DNA of 63,096 nt, filler included, from Candidatus Woesearchaeota archaeon (GTDB lineage Archaea > Nanobdellota > Nanobdellia > Woesearchaeales > DATGWN01): the NCBI GenBank assembly GCA_047603125.1. It is 9 parts of 9 records of this genome, joined end to end, with 100 filler letters (N's around TTAATTAATTAA, not from the genome) between each part and the next. Parts side by side here need not be neighbours in the genome. Positions count along the whole stretch, not along the records: positions 21,490 to 48,926 come from JBLKOU010000009.1; 8 more parts are not named here. One strand, 5' to 3'. Shown here piece by piece: positions 31,667 through 41,163 of this stretch; the first letter of the stretch is position 1; each line of letters starts with the position of its first letter. The notes below the pieces were generated by a model. That model worked only from the letters and a program-made list of their open reading frames with translations. It made no database searches and was not told where the DNA came from. Position numbers and translations under genes: made by a program.

Positions 31667-32038
31667 CTATACCATTCGTTTGAGCAAATCATTGATTGCT
31701 TCTTTTCGATCGCCTAATGCACCACCAACAGAAAATGGCTTTTTAATACCCTTGCGCTCAAATCCTTGGCGCGGCGGAGCTAACCGAATATACTTTTTAT
31801 TTTGTTCTTTGCGTTTTTCTAATAAGCTCACAACTTCTTGACTTACTGGCCCATATGTTGCATATCCTTGAATTCGCTTAAGCATACCTAATACTTGCGG
31901 TGTTGCCTGTACAAGAACACAATTATGTTGATTTGGTAAATTCAACAACTCAAATGTCTTTCGAACATCTGGCTTTAATCCTGTATTACCCCGAATGCGA
32001 ACAACGGCATACAATGGCGCTTGCTGACTCTCACTCAT
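31667..32038 (-). CDS. rpl30: 50S ribosomal protein uL30
   Basis: AVVRIRG, RLAPPRQG, INDLLKRM. Confidence 0.95.
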   Translation of the reverse strand: MSESQQAPLYAVVRIRGNTGLKPDVRKTFELLNLPNQHNCVLVQATPQVLGMLKRIQGYATYGPVSQEVVSLLEKRKEQNKKYIRLAPPRQGFERKGIKKPFSVGGALGDRKEAINDLLKRMV

Positions 32039-32759
32039 TTTGTTGTTCCTCCGCAACACGTGCAGCGGACTTGACTATTCCAAGTGCTCGCTTTTGCTCA
32101 GGTGTAACTTTCATTGCACTGAGTTTTTTCAAAGCATCATAACATGCTTTTACAACGTTAATTTTTGTGCTTGTTTTCCCTCGCATCCGGGACCACACAT
32201 CCTGAATTCCTGCAAGTTCTAAAATTTTCGCACATTCTTTTTCAATAACCAGACCCGCACCCTTTGGCGCTGGCATAAGTGTTAATTCAACAGAACCACA
32301 TTTTCCTGTTACTGCAAATGGAATTGAGTTTTGCTCTACAACAGTAACTTGCCAACTTCCACTTCCTCGAGGAACATGAATCATGTTTAATTTTGCATTT
32401 CGCACAGCTTTTTCTCTTGCAGGGACTGTTTCTTTACTTTTACCTGCTCCTACACCAACAAAGCCGTCTTTATTTCCAACAGCTGCATATGTTGTAAAGC
32501 TTGGTTTATTCCCTTCTTTTGTTTTTTTCTGTGTTTGTTTAAATGCTCGTCGTTGACCACCACCAAATTTTCCTTTCGATTGACCAACTAGTAATAATTC
32601 ACTTTCTAACTGCGGGAATAATGTATCAATAATTTCAGGCTCAACTATACGAAAACCATTTTCAAAGATATATTGTGGATCGAGAATTTCACCCGCTTGA
32701 ACTTTTTTACCAATTACTGTTTTTGGTACCCAATCTTGTTTTTGCTCTGTTTGCATCAT
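32031..32759 (-). CDS. rps5: 30S ribosomal protein uS5
   Basis: WVPKT.G, GKCGSV, PAPKGAGL. Confidence 0.97.
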   Translation of the reverse strand: MMQTEQKQDWVPKTVIGKKVQAGEILDPQYIFENGFRIVEPEIIDTLFPQLESELLLVGQSKGKFGGGQRRAFKQTQKKTKEGNKPSFTTYAAVGNKDGFVGVGAGKSKETVPAREKAVRNAKLNMIHVPRGSGSWQVTVVEQNSIPFAVTGKCGSVELTLMPAPKGAGLVIEKECAKILELAGIQDVWSRMRGKTSTKINVVKACYDALKKLSAMKVTPEQKRALGIVKSAARVAEEQQNE

Positions 32760-33343
32760 TTTTTCGTAGCCATTATTTTTTCTTTCACAGCTGTATAGAC
32801 TGCTTGCATTTCCTCTGGCTTTATGTTTTGTTTAATATATGCGCTGAATTGTTTTTCATATCGCGCTTTATCTGATTGAATAGTCTTTGCAAATGATTGT
32901 ATATGCTCTCCTGATGTTCGTGAATCTGATGGAAGGACTTTTGTATCAACATTTAATTTTAAGCCACCATCACGTGCACCTTTAATTGTTGCATACAATC
33001 GCGAATGTGTTGTAACGTATTGTAAACCAAAGTCGACAATAACTTCACTCACGCCTTTTTCTTGTGCCTTTTTTGCAATTAATACGCCTGTTAAATATGC
33101 ACAAGGAATATTACCATTAACTACCGGTAAACCAAACTTTTTCAAATCGTATGATTGTGCCGTTGTAATAATGTGATCACCATCAGGTTTGTATTCTACA
33201 ATTTGAACAATTATATTTTGTAACGATCGACGAACAACCAAACGAGGTTTTTTTGAAACAAGTAATGATAATCGTTTTTTATAGTCCGTTACTTGTTCTC
33301 GTTTTCTTCTTAGTGGGACTGTATAATTCCTATTTTTTGCCAT
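32756..33343 (-). CDS. rpl18: 50S ribosomal protein uL18
   Basis: RRKRE..TDYKKRL, RLVVRRS, AYLTG. Confidence 0.97.
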   Translation of the reverse strand: MAKNRNYTVPLRRKREQVTDYKKRLSLLVSKKPRLVVRRSLQNIIVQIVEYKPDGDHIITTAQSYDLKKFGLPVVNGNIPCAYLTGVLIAKKAQEKGVSEVIVDFGLQYVTTHSRLYATIKGARDGGLKLNVDTKVLPSDSRTSGEHIQSFAKTIQSDKARYEKQFSAYIKQNIKPEEMQAVYTAVKEKIMATKK

Positions 33344-33347
33344 GGTA

Positions 33348-33803
33348 TCACTTCTTTGCTAAAAACAATTCCTGTTCTTGAACATACTGTTTAATATGCC
33401 GTCTATTTCTAAAAAAATTACCCTTTGATTTTGTATACAGTTGTCGATATGTACTCGCGGTAATGCGATTATTATCTCGAAGCTGTTTTAACAAATCTCT
33501 TTGAAGTCGTAATTTAATCATCCATGTTTCTTTGGTATCACTTCGTGCTTTTGCTGTTCCTTTTCGAGAACCCAAGCCTTTTCGCAAACCTTTTGCTTTT
33601 TGTTTTGCAATATGACGTGCTCGAACACGGGACTGAGCATTTGGTTGAGCGAGTCGAATAGACCGACTACTAATCAAATCCTTAATGTCTGCTCGTGTCA
33701 ACGCTTCTTTAATTGTTGATAATTTATCAACATCAAAGACAATGTGTTTTGATGAACACTTTAATATGTCTGCGGCAATTCGTTTTTGAGCTGTAAACTT
33801 CAT
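33348..33803 (-). CDS. rpl19e: 50S ribosomal protein eL19
   Basis: QKRIAA, GSRKGTAKAR, KGNFF. Confidence 0.97.
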   Translation of the reverse strand: MKFTAQKRIAADILKCSSKHIVFDVDKLSTIKEALTRADIKDLISSRSIRLAQPNAQSRVRARHIAKQKAKGLRKGLGSRKGTAKARSDTKETWMIKLRLQRDLLKQLRDNNRITASTYRQLYTKSKGNFFRNRRHIKQYVQEQELFLAKK

Positions 33804-33806
33804 TTT

Positions 33807-34409
33807 CTATTGACTCTTTGTTATTAGTACTTTGTCCTGCTCTTTTTTGAGCGTTTCTTTGTCCGAAGGTTCCTTTTCTGACTTTTGTTCAGATTTTTCG
33901 GTTTTTGTTGTTTTTTGCTCAGTTTTTTTCGAATCTGTTTTTTTCTGAGATTCTTTTTTACGCGCTTCGCGTTTTTGTTCACGTTTCTTTTGTTTTTTCT
34001 TACGAGCACTGAGCTGCTCTTTTATACTTGCAATTTGTGCATCGATATCATATGCCAATGGCAATGACTTTTCTTTTGCAAATTCTAAAAATTCTAAACG
34101 CTTTTTCGAACCCAATGTGGAACCAAAAACACCAATCTGGTTTTTCTCTAGTTGAGTAATTTGATCTTTTGTGAAGATAACAATTTGTTTTTTTCCATCC
34201 GCTTGTAATCCGCGAACTGCTTTGGGATATCCATATCCTGTTTTAATAATACCAAGTCTTCCTCGAACTTGATTTCCTTGTTTATTATGTACACCCTTTG
34301 GCTTTCGATATCCGGAACGTGAAATTCTCTTAATATGAGTCGATTGTAATCTTCGAAATACCGGTCGTTTCTTTTTTAATGCATCTTTTACGTTTAATAG
34401 TTCCTTCAT
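33807..34409 (-). CDS. rpl32e: 50S ribosomal protein eL32 with Lys/Glu-rich C-terminal extension
   Basis: KRPVFRR, RKPKG.HNK, GYG. Confidence 0.93.
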   Translation of the reverse strand: MKELLNVKDALKKKRPVFRRLQSTHIKRISRSGYRKPKGVHNKQGNQVRGRLGIIKTGYGYPKAVRGLQADGKKQIVIFTKDQITQLEKNQIGVFGSTLGSKKRLEFLEFAKEKSLPLAYDIDAQIASIKEQLSARKKKQKKREQKREARKKESQKKTDSKKTEQKTTKTEKSEQKSEKEPSDKETLKKEQDKVLITKSQ

Positions 34410-34412
34410 CGT

Positions 34413-34958
34413 CTACACTTCCTTACCAGCTTTTTCTACAATAAAGATTCCATCTTGGAAAATCCGTCGGTCTCTATTTGTTATTCTGGTTAATTTTTCT
34501 AACTCTGCAGCAATTTGTCCTGCAAGTTCTTTATTTACTGATTCTACATTAATAAACTCCCCGTCAAGTGTTACTTTTGCTCCCGGTTTTAATGTGAGTT
34601 TTCTCGGGACGGTTTCACCAAGAAAGTTTTTCAGCTCAAACACATCTCCTTTTACTGAAGCACTCATCGGAAAGTGTCCCGAACAAATCTTTAATTTATA
34701 AACAAATGATTCACTTGCACCCTTTACTAAGTTTCGAATATGCGCTGCAAATGTTTTAATGTGCATTTTTTCACGGCGACCCACTTGATTTGAAGTTACA
34801 ATAACAAAACCATCCTCTGTGCGAACAGTCAAATTTGGATGCATGAGTACTTTAGACACTTCTCCTGCAGGACCTTTTGCCGTTACTTTAAAATTATCAA
34901 CTGTGACAGTAACATCCTTTGCAAGTTCAATTTTTTCTTCTAATTGGTTTTCAGTCAT
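34413..34958 (-). CDS. rpl6: 50S ribosomal protein uL6
   Basis: HFPM, NFLGE, DRRIFQDGIFI. Confidence 0.97.
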   Translation of the reverse strand: MTENQLEEKIELAKDVTVTVDNFKVTAKGPAGEVSKVLMHPNLTVRTEDGFVIVTSNQVGRREKMHIKTFAAHIRNLVKGASESFVYKLKICSGHFPMSASVKGDVFELKNFLGETVPRKLTLKPGAKVTLDGEFINVESVNKELAGQIAAELEKLTRITNRDRRIFQDGIFIVEKAGKEV

Positions 34959-34959
34959 T

Positions 34960-35352
34960 TTAATAACAATACATCATCAGCTTTCCGCCAATGCTTTTTT
35001 CTTTTGCTTGATCAAGTGTCATGATACCTTGTGACGTTGTAACAATAATAACTCCAAATCCTTGTGCAGGTAAATACTTCACTTCCCAGTCAACAGCTTG
35101 TTCATATCCAAAACTATATCGTGGTTTAATTACACCTGTTTTGTTTATCATTTGAAAATTTCGTAAAATGATATGATCGCCTCGACCATCACTTACTTTC
35201 TCATAGTCTTGAATGTAATTTTTTTCTTTGAGTATCTGTAAAATTGTTTGAATTTCCTTATTAATTGGTTTTATAATAAGCTCATCCTTTCCAACAGTTA
35301 TTGCGTTTTGTATTTTTGAAAGCATAGTTGCTAACGGATCATTTAGTGCCAT
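34960..35352 (-). CDS. rps8: 30S ribosomal protein uS8
   Basis: INKTGVIKPR, LPAQGFG, TTSQGIM. Confidence 0.97.
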   Translation of the reverse strand: MALNDPLATMLSKIQNAITVGKDELIIKPINKEIQTILQILKEKNYIQDYEKVSDGRGDHIILRNFQMINKTGVIKPRYSFGYEQAVDWEVKYLPAQGFGVIIVTTSQGIMTLDQAKEKSIGGKLMMYCY

Positions 35353-35361
35353 TTTATTCTC

Positions 35362-35592
35362 CTAATTATATTTTTTAAACCCAATCTTGGTTGCCATTTC
35401 TCGAAACTGTTGTCGACAAACACCTAAATTATATTTGCTGATATGTCCACCAACACGTCCTGTTACTTTACAACGACGTAATGCTCGACCACATGTTCTT
35501 TGCTTAGGGGAGCTGTGTTTCAAGTATTTTTTCAGTTTCACGGGTTTGACTCGAAGCTGTTTGAATACTTTTTTGTAATATGATTGTGTCAT
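35362..35592 (-). CDS. rps14: 30S ribosomal protein uS14
   Basis: CRQQFRE.A.KIGFKK. Confidence 0.95.
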   Translation of the reverse strand: MTQSYYKKVFKQLRVKPVKLKKYLKHSSPKQRTCGRALRRCKVTGRVGGHISKYNLGVCRQQFREMATKIGFKKYN

Positions 35593-35593
35593 T

Positions 35594-36124
35594 TTATTCC
35601 TCCTCTATCTCCTCTTGTAAGAGCTCCACACCAAATGTTTCTTGCATGTATGCAATCGCATCATCTTGTGTTATTTTTTGTGCAGTTCCTAATTTTGCAG
35701 GTTTATACATTCGTGATTTTACACGGTTTCCTGGTCGAGCAAGTGTTATACAAACTTGCAGTCCAATTATTCCAATCTTTGGATCGTATTCAACACCAGG
35801 AATATCAATACATTCGTTAATTCCAAACGAAACATTCCCATTTGTGTCAAAATTATTTTTTCCCAATTTGTTATCTTTGGCAACGAGCAATCGTTTTGCA
35901 AGTTCAATAGCATCATTTGAACGCACTGTTACTTTTGTACCAATAGGAAGACCTTTTCTCAAGCTCCATTGCGCAACTCGCAATTGTGTTTTTGTCTTGA
36001 CAACTTTGCGTTTTGTGATTTGTTCTAATAACTTTACAGACTTTTCTAGTCTATCGTGATCAGTTCCACAACCACAATTGAGTGTGACTTTTTCTATTTT
36101 AATTTGTTTCATTACAGACGTCAT
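35594..36124 (-). CDS. rpl5: 50S ribosomal protein uL5
   Basis: IEKVTLN, GNVSFGI, YDPKIGIIG. Confidence 0.97.
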   Translation of the reverse strand: MTSVMKQIKIEKVTLNCGCGTDHDRLEKSVKLLEQITKRKVVKTKTQLRVAQWSLRKGLPIGTKVTVRSNDAIELAKRLLVAKDNKLGKNNFDTNGNVSFGINECIDIPGVEYDPKIGIIGLQVCITLARPGNRVKSRMYKPAKLGTAQKITQDDAIAYMQETFGVELLQEEIEEE

Positions 36125-36810
36125 TTTGTACTCACCGTGATTTCCGGCTGTTTCTCTCCGACAACGAATGCATAGGATTTGAGTGTTTCTATTTTTCTTC
36201 CTGCAACATTTACTGTGAGATTTTGACCATCTACTTGTTCAATCGTTCCAACTTCACCAATATGACGGCCACCTATAAACTGAACACATTTCCCTTTTTC
36301 AAAGCTTAAGTGTTTGCTTATTTTGCCCTTTTGATCAACTAATAATGTATCTCCAACTTTGTATGCTTTTTCATCACAGAGCATTGTTCTCCCATTTAAA
36401 AATCCAAGCTGAACTTTACCACCACGAACAAACACTTTTCGTTCAATTCGTAACGCACGTACATCTTTTTCTTTTGATGGAATTTCGATAATATGCATCT
36501 TCCCATCAACACCTAGTGTCATACGATAGGAAGCATCACTATTTGTGAATGTAATTACATCATATAAACCTACAGGATACGCTTTTTCCTTTCGTTTTTT
36601 TCCGTCAATTGTCACTGCGCCGCTAATCATAAGTTGTTTTACCTGTTTTGTCGTTTCACAAACTCCTAACATTGATTTGAAAACAAGGGATGAAGGTAAA
36701 CTTAATTCTAATTGCTTTCCTGCATCAGGTCGTACTATAAATACGCTTGATTTTCTTCTATGAGGCCAAGTTCGTGGCGCTGAAATTCGTTTTAAGTGAT
36801 TTTTTACCAT
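36121..36810 (-). CDS. rps4e: 30S ribosomal protein eS4
   Basis: HLKRISAPRTW, GGRHIG. Confidence 0.97.
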   Translation of the reverse strand: MVKNHLKRISAPRTWPHRRKSSVFIVRPDAGKQLELSLPSSLVFKSMLGVCETTKQVKQLMISGAVTIDGKKRKEKAYPVGLYDVITFTNSDASYRMTLGVDGKMHIIEIPSKEKDVRALRIERKVFVRGGKVQLGFLNGRTMLCDEKAYKVGDTLLVDQKGKISKHLSFEKGKCVQFIGGRHIGEVGTIEQVDGQNLTVNVAGRKIETLKSYAFVVGEKQPEITVSTK

Positions 36811-37194
36811 TTATTTTCCACCTGTTTTCTTACTCATACGTTTTTTCTCATCCTTTAATTCAAGGATTTGCACATTCGATGGGTGAATGGGATATCGTAC
36901 TGATGAGCCATCCTTTTTTTGTAATTCTGCTTTTTGCACAACGATGCGCGCTTCTTTTACAAAAACTTTGTCTACTTGACCAACATGGCCTTTGAATTGT
37001 CCTCGTAATACTTTAACTTTGTCCCCTTTTCGGACACGAAGTGTTGGAATTTTATGCTTTGCGCGCAACTCTTTTGAAAGAGGTGCATGCAAAAATGTAC
37101 CACGAACATGAAGCGGCGCATTATACACATATTTTCTTTGTTTACGAGGTTGTGAGCTTGATTTCCATGTTTTACTAAATGCTACTTGAACCAT
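36811..37194 (-). CDS. rpl24: 50S ribosomal protein uL24
   Basis: QPRKQRK..NAPLH, KOW motif, IHPSN. Confidence 0.97.
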   Translation of the reverse strand: MVQVAFSKTWKSSSQPRKQRKYVYNAPLHVRGTFLHAPLSKELRAKHKIPTLRVRKGDKVKVLRGQFKGHVGQVDKVFVKEARIVVQKAELQKKDGSSVRYPIHPSNVQILELKDEKKRMSKKTGGK

Positions 37195-37195
37195 T

Positions 37196-37597
37196 TTATA
37201 ATACCATATTTGCTACTTTACCAATCGCCGGCCATCGTTCAACCGATTCTTTTGCAATTGGTCCCTTAAAGATTGTTCCTTTCGGGTTTCCTTTTTCATC
37301 TTTGAGTACAACAACACTATTATCTTCAAACTTAACACGCATACCATCCACTCGACGATATTCTTTTGCTTGTCTGACAACAACAGCAGGCACAACTTTA
37401 CTTCGCATATCGGGTTTTCCGCTTACTACAGATACCATAACCATGTCGCCAACGCCAGCCGCAGGAATTCTTCCCTTTACTGTACGCATGCCTTTTACAC
37501 CGACAATTTGTACTACTTTTGCTCCACTATTATCACAAGTCTGAACTTTCGAACCCACTTGCAAACCTCGTGTTACTGACGCTCTTACTCCTTTCAT
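37196..37597 (-). CDS. rpl14: 50S ribosomal protein uL14
   Basis: DNSGAK, FEDNS, GPIAKE. Confidence 0.97.
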   Translation of the reverse strand: MKGVRASVTRGLQVGSKVQTCDNSGAKVVQIVGVKGMRTVKGRIPAAGVGDMVMVSVVSGKPDMRSKVVPAVVVRQAKEYRRVDGMRVKFEDNSVVVLKDEKGNPKGTIFKGPIAKESVERWPAIGKVANMVL

Positions 37598-37929
37598 TTT
37601 GACTCCACTATACGAACAATTGTCATACTTTTTGTTTTACTAATTGGTCGACAACCAATAAATTCAACAACATCGCCAACTTTTGCTGCAATAACTGCAG
37701 GGTTGTGTACTTTGAAACGTGATATTTTTTTCTGATATCGTTTATATTTGGCAACAAATACTTGGCGCGGTACTTCTACAATAGCTGAAAGCTGTGCAGA
37801 TGCGCTGACAACTGTTCCTTTCATAATATTTCCTCGAACTTTCAAGGAACTATGAAATGGACAGTGTTTGTCCGGTGTTGCATCCGATTTTGGTGCCTGA
37901 ATGTTATATCCTATTGTTTTTGATTCCAT
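37594..37929 (-). CDS. rps17: 30S ribosomal protein uS17
   Basis: CPFH, CRPISKTK. Confidence 0.96.
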   Translation of the reverse strand: MESKTIGYNIQAPKSDATPDKHCPFHSSLKVRGNIMKGTVVSASAQLSAIVEVPRQVFVAKYKRYQKKISRFKVHNPAVIAAKVGDVVEFIGCRPISKTKSMTIVRIVESK

Positions 37930-37934
37930 GGTTA

Positions 37935-38249
37935 CTATCCCTTTATGATTATTGACTGTGCATCAAACCCGATGACAACGAGTGCATCTTTTATTTTTGC
38001 CACGTGATCACCTTGCAATTCTATCATATTTGATTTGAATGTGCCACCACATGCAAATTTTGCCTTGAGTTTTTTTGCTATGTCTTTGATATCGATGTCT
38101 TTGCCATCAATACCTTCAATGACTGTGTATGGTTTTCCGAATTTCTTTTTTATTTTTGAAACCGTTATTTGTTGATCTTGTTTAGCGATCATATCGCCAA
38201 CATTAAGCTCTTTTGGTAAACCGAACTTGTCTAAAAGTTCATCATCCAT
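37935..38249 (-). CDS. Translation initiation factor aIF1/SUI1
   Basis: GLPKEL, KFACGGT, IELQGDH. Confidence 0.95.
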   Translation of the reverse strand: MDDELLDKFGLPKELNVGDMIAKQDQQITVSKIKKKFGKPYTVIEGIDGKDIDIKDIAKKLKAKFACGGTFKSNMIELQGDHVAKIKDALVVIGFDAQSIIIKG

Positions 38250-38445
38250 TACGACGTACCTCACGAATTTTTAATTCAGTTAATATTTTTGCAATTGATT
38301 TTCGCACATTCCGAATTTGTGCGGAATTTTTTGGTGCACTGCCTGTTGCAACTTGTGCACGTAATTTAATTAATTCAAGGCGCAAGTCCTTTTGTTTTTT
38401 TTCTAATTCTTCAAGCTGCAAATCTTTTAAATCTTTAAATTTCAT
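38242..38445 (-). CDS. rpl29: 50S ribosomal protein uL29
   Basis: IRNVRKSIAKILT; operon position. Confidence 0.95.
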   Translation of the reverse strand: MKFKDLKDLQLEELEKKQKDLRLELIKLRAQVATGSAPKNSAQIRNVRKSIAKILTELKIREVRRNG

Positions 38446-39347
38446 TGTGTATCTCCTTTCTCTTGCGTTTTCTGCTCAGGTTTGGCAGAATCAGTCGAGT
38501 CTTTGGATGTTTCTTCTTTGACAGCGGTTTTTGTAGTTACTTTAGCGGTTTTTTTGGTTGTTTTCTTCGTTGTTTTAGCCGCTTTCTTGGTTGCTTTTTT
38601 CGTTGCTGTTTTTTTTGACGCAGGTTTTTTTTCTGTTTTTTTCTCGTCTTTATCCAATGCTTCACTTACACTTTCCTGCGCTTGTTTTTCAAGTTGCTGA
38701 GCTTCTTTTTTTGCAACTTGAACATCTGCAGGTTCTTGTGTTTGTGCATCTTCAATCAAAATTTGAATTTTATCAGGTAAGACCAATGTTTTTGGCATAA
38801 CACGAACTTGAATTCCAACAACACCCGTTTTTAATTTTGCCTGTGTGTACGCAATATCAACGCCAGTTGTTGCAAGGTCGCCGCATTTTTTCAAATATCC
38901 CATGTAAAATCGCCATGTTCGCGCACGAGATGAAGGAAGTTTTCCTGAAATTAAAATTTCAATACCTGCTGCCCCATTTCGAATTGCTGCTTCCATCGCA
39001 CTATATCCAATTCCTTTAAATCGTTGTGATCCATATCGCTCCATTTGATAAGCAATATTTTCTGCAATTAATTGCGAATTCGTATAAATATCTTTGACTT
39101 CCGTTATTTCAATTTGAGGATTTTCAAGCTTAAACTTTGTTTTCAACACTTTTGTTAGCTTTTTGATATTTGCACCCTTCGAACCAACAATAAGACCTGG
39201 TCTTGAAGCATGAATGATGATTTTCTCACCAAGTGGTGTCTTTTGCATCTGTGTCTTTGAGTGACCTACACGACTGAGTGTCTGACGAATATAATCTTCT
39301 ACTAAAAACTCCTGCATTTTTTCATCAACAATTTTTCGTTCAATCAT
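38442..39347 (-). CDS. rps3: 30S ribosomal protein uS3 with Lys/Thr/Ala-rich tail
   Basis: RPGLIVG.KG, GIEILISGKL, K.GVVGI. Confidence 0.97.
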   Translation of the reverse strand: MIERKIVDEKMQEFLVEDYIRQTLSRVGHSKTQMQKTPLGEKIIIHASRPGLIVGSKGANIKKLTKVLKTKFKLENPQIEITEVKDIYTNSQLIAENIAYQMERYGSQRFKGIGYSAMEAAIRNGAAGIEILISGKLPSSRARTWRFYMGYLKKCGDLATTGVDIAYTQAKLKTGVVGIQVRVMPKTLVLPDKIQILIEDAQTQEPADVQVAKKEAQQLEKQAQESVSEALDKDEKKTEKKPASKKTATKKATKKAAKTTKKTTKKTAKVTTKTAVKEETSKDSTDSAKPEQKTQEKGDTQ

Positions 39348-39786
39348 GTTTTTTCCCCTCACTTACGACAATCTCAATATGCGTGTTTTTTGCCGTTCGT
39401 CCTCGAAACCGGCCTGGTCGAGGATTTTGCGGACCCTTTTGTATAACAATATTGAATATGTATAATGACTCTTCATTTAGCGATTTATCTTTCGCGTTGG
39501 AGACAACTAATTCAAGTGCCTTAAGCATCGATTGTGCTGCTTTAATGGGAAAACGACCAGGACCTACTCGACCTTTTTTATGACCGACGTCACCATTAAA
39601 TCGTCTGTATGCAACAGGCTGCTTAGCATCAATGACATTTTGCAAATAAACTCGTGCTTTTGCAACGGGTTTTTTACGAATTGCATTTGCAATTTCAATA
39701 GATTGTTTTACTGAAATTGATTGCGAGAGCACGACTGCTCGAGCCATTGCGTCCGTCATATTTTGCGTACTGTATTTATATGTCAT
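39340..39786 (-). CDS. rpl22: 50S ribosomal protein uL22
   Basis: GRFPIKAA, THIEIVV. Confidence 0.96.
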   Translation of the reverse strand: MTYKYSTQNMTDAMARAVVLSQSISVKQSIEIANAIRKKPVAKARVYLQNVIDAKQPVAYRRFNGDVGHKKGRVGPGRFPIKAAQSMLKALELVVSNAKDKSLNEESLYIFNIVIQKGPQNPRPGRFRGRTAKNTHIEIVVSEGKKHD

Positions 39787-39796
39787 AATTATCTAC

Positions 39797-40183
39797 CTAT
39801 TTTTTGGACTGGTTTGCAGTTCCCCTGCTCGCACCTACTCCCGCTGAACCATGTGTTACACGCTTTCGCGTAAAAACATATTCGCCAAGTCGATGTCCAA
39901 TCATTTCAGGACGTATTTCTACATCATCAAATGTTGAGCCCTTGTGCACCTTTACAATTTTTCCAACCATATTTGGAAGGATAACTGCATCCCGACAATG
40001 TGTTTTCACTGTCTTTTTTGATTGTAATTTCTGGTACAATATTTTTTCCTCGGCCGTAAAACCCCGAGAAAGTTTTCTTCGAACGCTCGAAGGTAAAAGT
40101 ACTAATAAATCACTGTCGGAGAGCTGTTGTAACTCCTCGAGTGTTTTTCCACGATATTTGAATATTTTTTTTGCCATCTGCAT
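39797..40183 (-). CDS. rps19: 30S ribosomal protein uS19
   Basis: YRGKTLEEL, KTHCRD, EMIGHRLGE. Confidence 0.97.
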   Translation of the reverse strand: MQMAKKIFKYRGKTLEELQQLSDSDLLVLLPSSVRRKLSRGFTAEEKILYQKLQSKKTVKTHCRDAVILPNMVGKIVKVHKGSTFDDVEIRPEMIGHRLGEYVFTRKRVTHGSAGVGASRGTANQSKK

Positions 40184-40187
40184 TCAC

Positions 40188-40901
40188 CTATTTCTTTGTT
40201 CGACCTGTTCGTCTTGCCGCCACCATACCAACTTTTCTTCCAGCAGGTGCATGTCTGGAAACAGGCATTGCTTTTGATTTACGAAGTGTACGTTTATTAC
40301 CATACGGGTGATCAACCGCATTCATCGCTGAAGCAGAAACTTTTGGATATAAATGGTTTCGCGCTCGCATCTTAAAGTGCATAATACCTGCCTTCAAGAG
40401 TGGTTTTTCAACACGACCACCGCCAGCCAAAATTCCAACTCCTGCCCGACAGGATTCATTGAAAACTTTTTGTTTTTTTGACGGGAGTCGTACAACAACA
40501 CCTGCTTCTGTTTTTGAAATAATACGAGCAAATGTTCCTGAAGCACGAACAAATTTTCCGCCATCTCCTGGTTGCCCTTCAATATTATAAACTAAAGTTC
40601 CTTCCGGAATATCTTTTAATGTGACTATGTTTCCCGGCTTTGCATCTTGCGATCCTGCACTCACAACATCACCAACTTGCAAACCTTCATGTGCAAGTAA
40701 TAAGGCTAATTCGCCCGTATCAAACTCAACACGCGCTAATGGTGTTGTGTGCGCTGCGCAGTGGATTAAATCAACTACAATTCCTTGCGTTGAATCTTGT
40801 GATAATGCAGGATGTTTTGCTTCCCCTTTGAAATTAAAACTATGAGCGCGATACCTCATCGAGCCGCTTCCACGTCTTTGTGTTATAATTCGTTTACCCA
40901 T
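40188..40901 (-). CDS. rpl2: 50S ribosomal protein uL2
   Basis: MGKRI..QRRG, AMNAVDHPYG. Confidence 0.98.
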   Translation of the reverse strand: MGKRIITQRRGSGSMRYRAHSFNFKGEAKHPALSQDSTQGIVVDLIHCAAHTTPLARVEFDTGELALLLAHEGLQVGDVVSAGSQDAKPGNIVTLKDIPEGTLVYNIEGQPGDGGKFVRASGTFARIISKTEAGVVVRLPSKKQKVFNESCRAGVGILAGGGRVEKPLLKAGIMHFKMRARNHLYPKVSASAMNAVDHPYGNKRTLRKSKAMPVSRHAPAGRKVGMVAARRTGRTKK

Positions 40902-40910
40902 CGTGTATAC

Positions 40911-41162
40911 CTATAAGAGTCCTAAACTTGTCGCAACATCAATTGCAGGCGTCTCACTTGCAAATGCAACATATGCGCGCTTATTTCCATCGCGAGTTAT
41001 CATTGTTCGAACCGCCGAGACTTTCGCCGAAAACATCGACTCTAATTCAGCTCTGACTTCTTTTTTTGTTGCTTTTCTTTGCACAACAAAAATCAATGTA
41101 TTTTCACTTTCCATTAAACGAAGTGATTTTTCATTTGATAAAGGATATAATATTACTGCCAT
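40911..41162 (-). CDS. rpl23: 50S ribosomal protein uL23
   Basis: NTLIFVV, KRAYV, A.DVA..LG. Confidence 0.96.
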   Translation of the reverse strand: MAVILYPLSNEKSLRLMESENTLIFVVQRKATKKEVRAELESMFSAKVSAVRTMITRDGNKRAYVAFASETPAIDVATSLGLL

Positions 41163-41163
41163 T

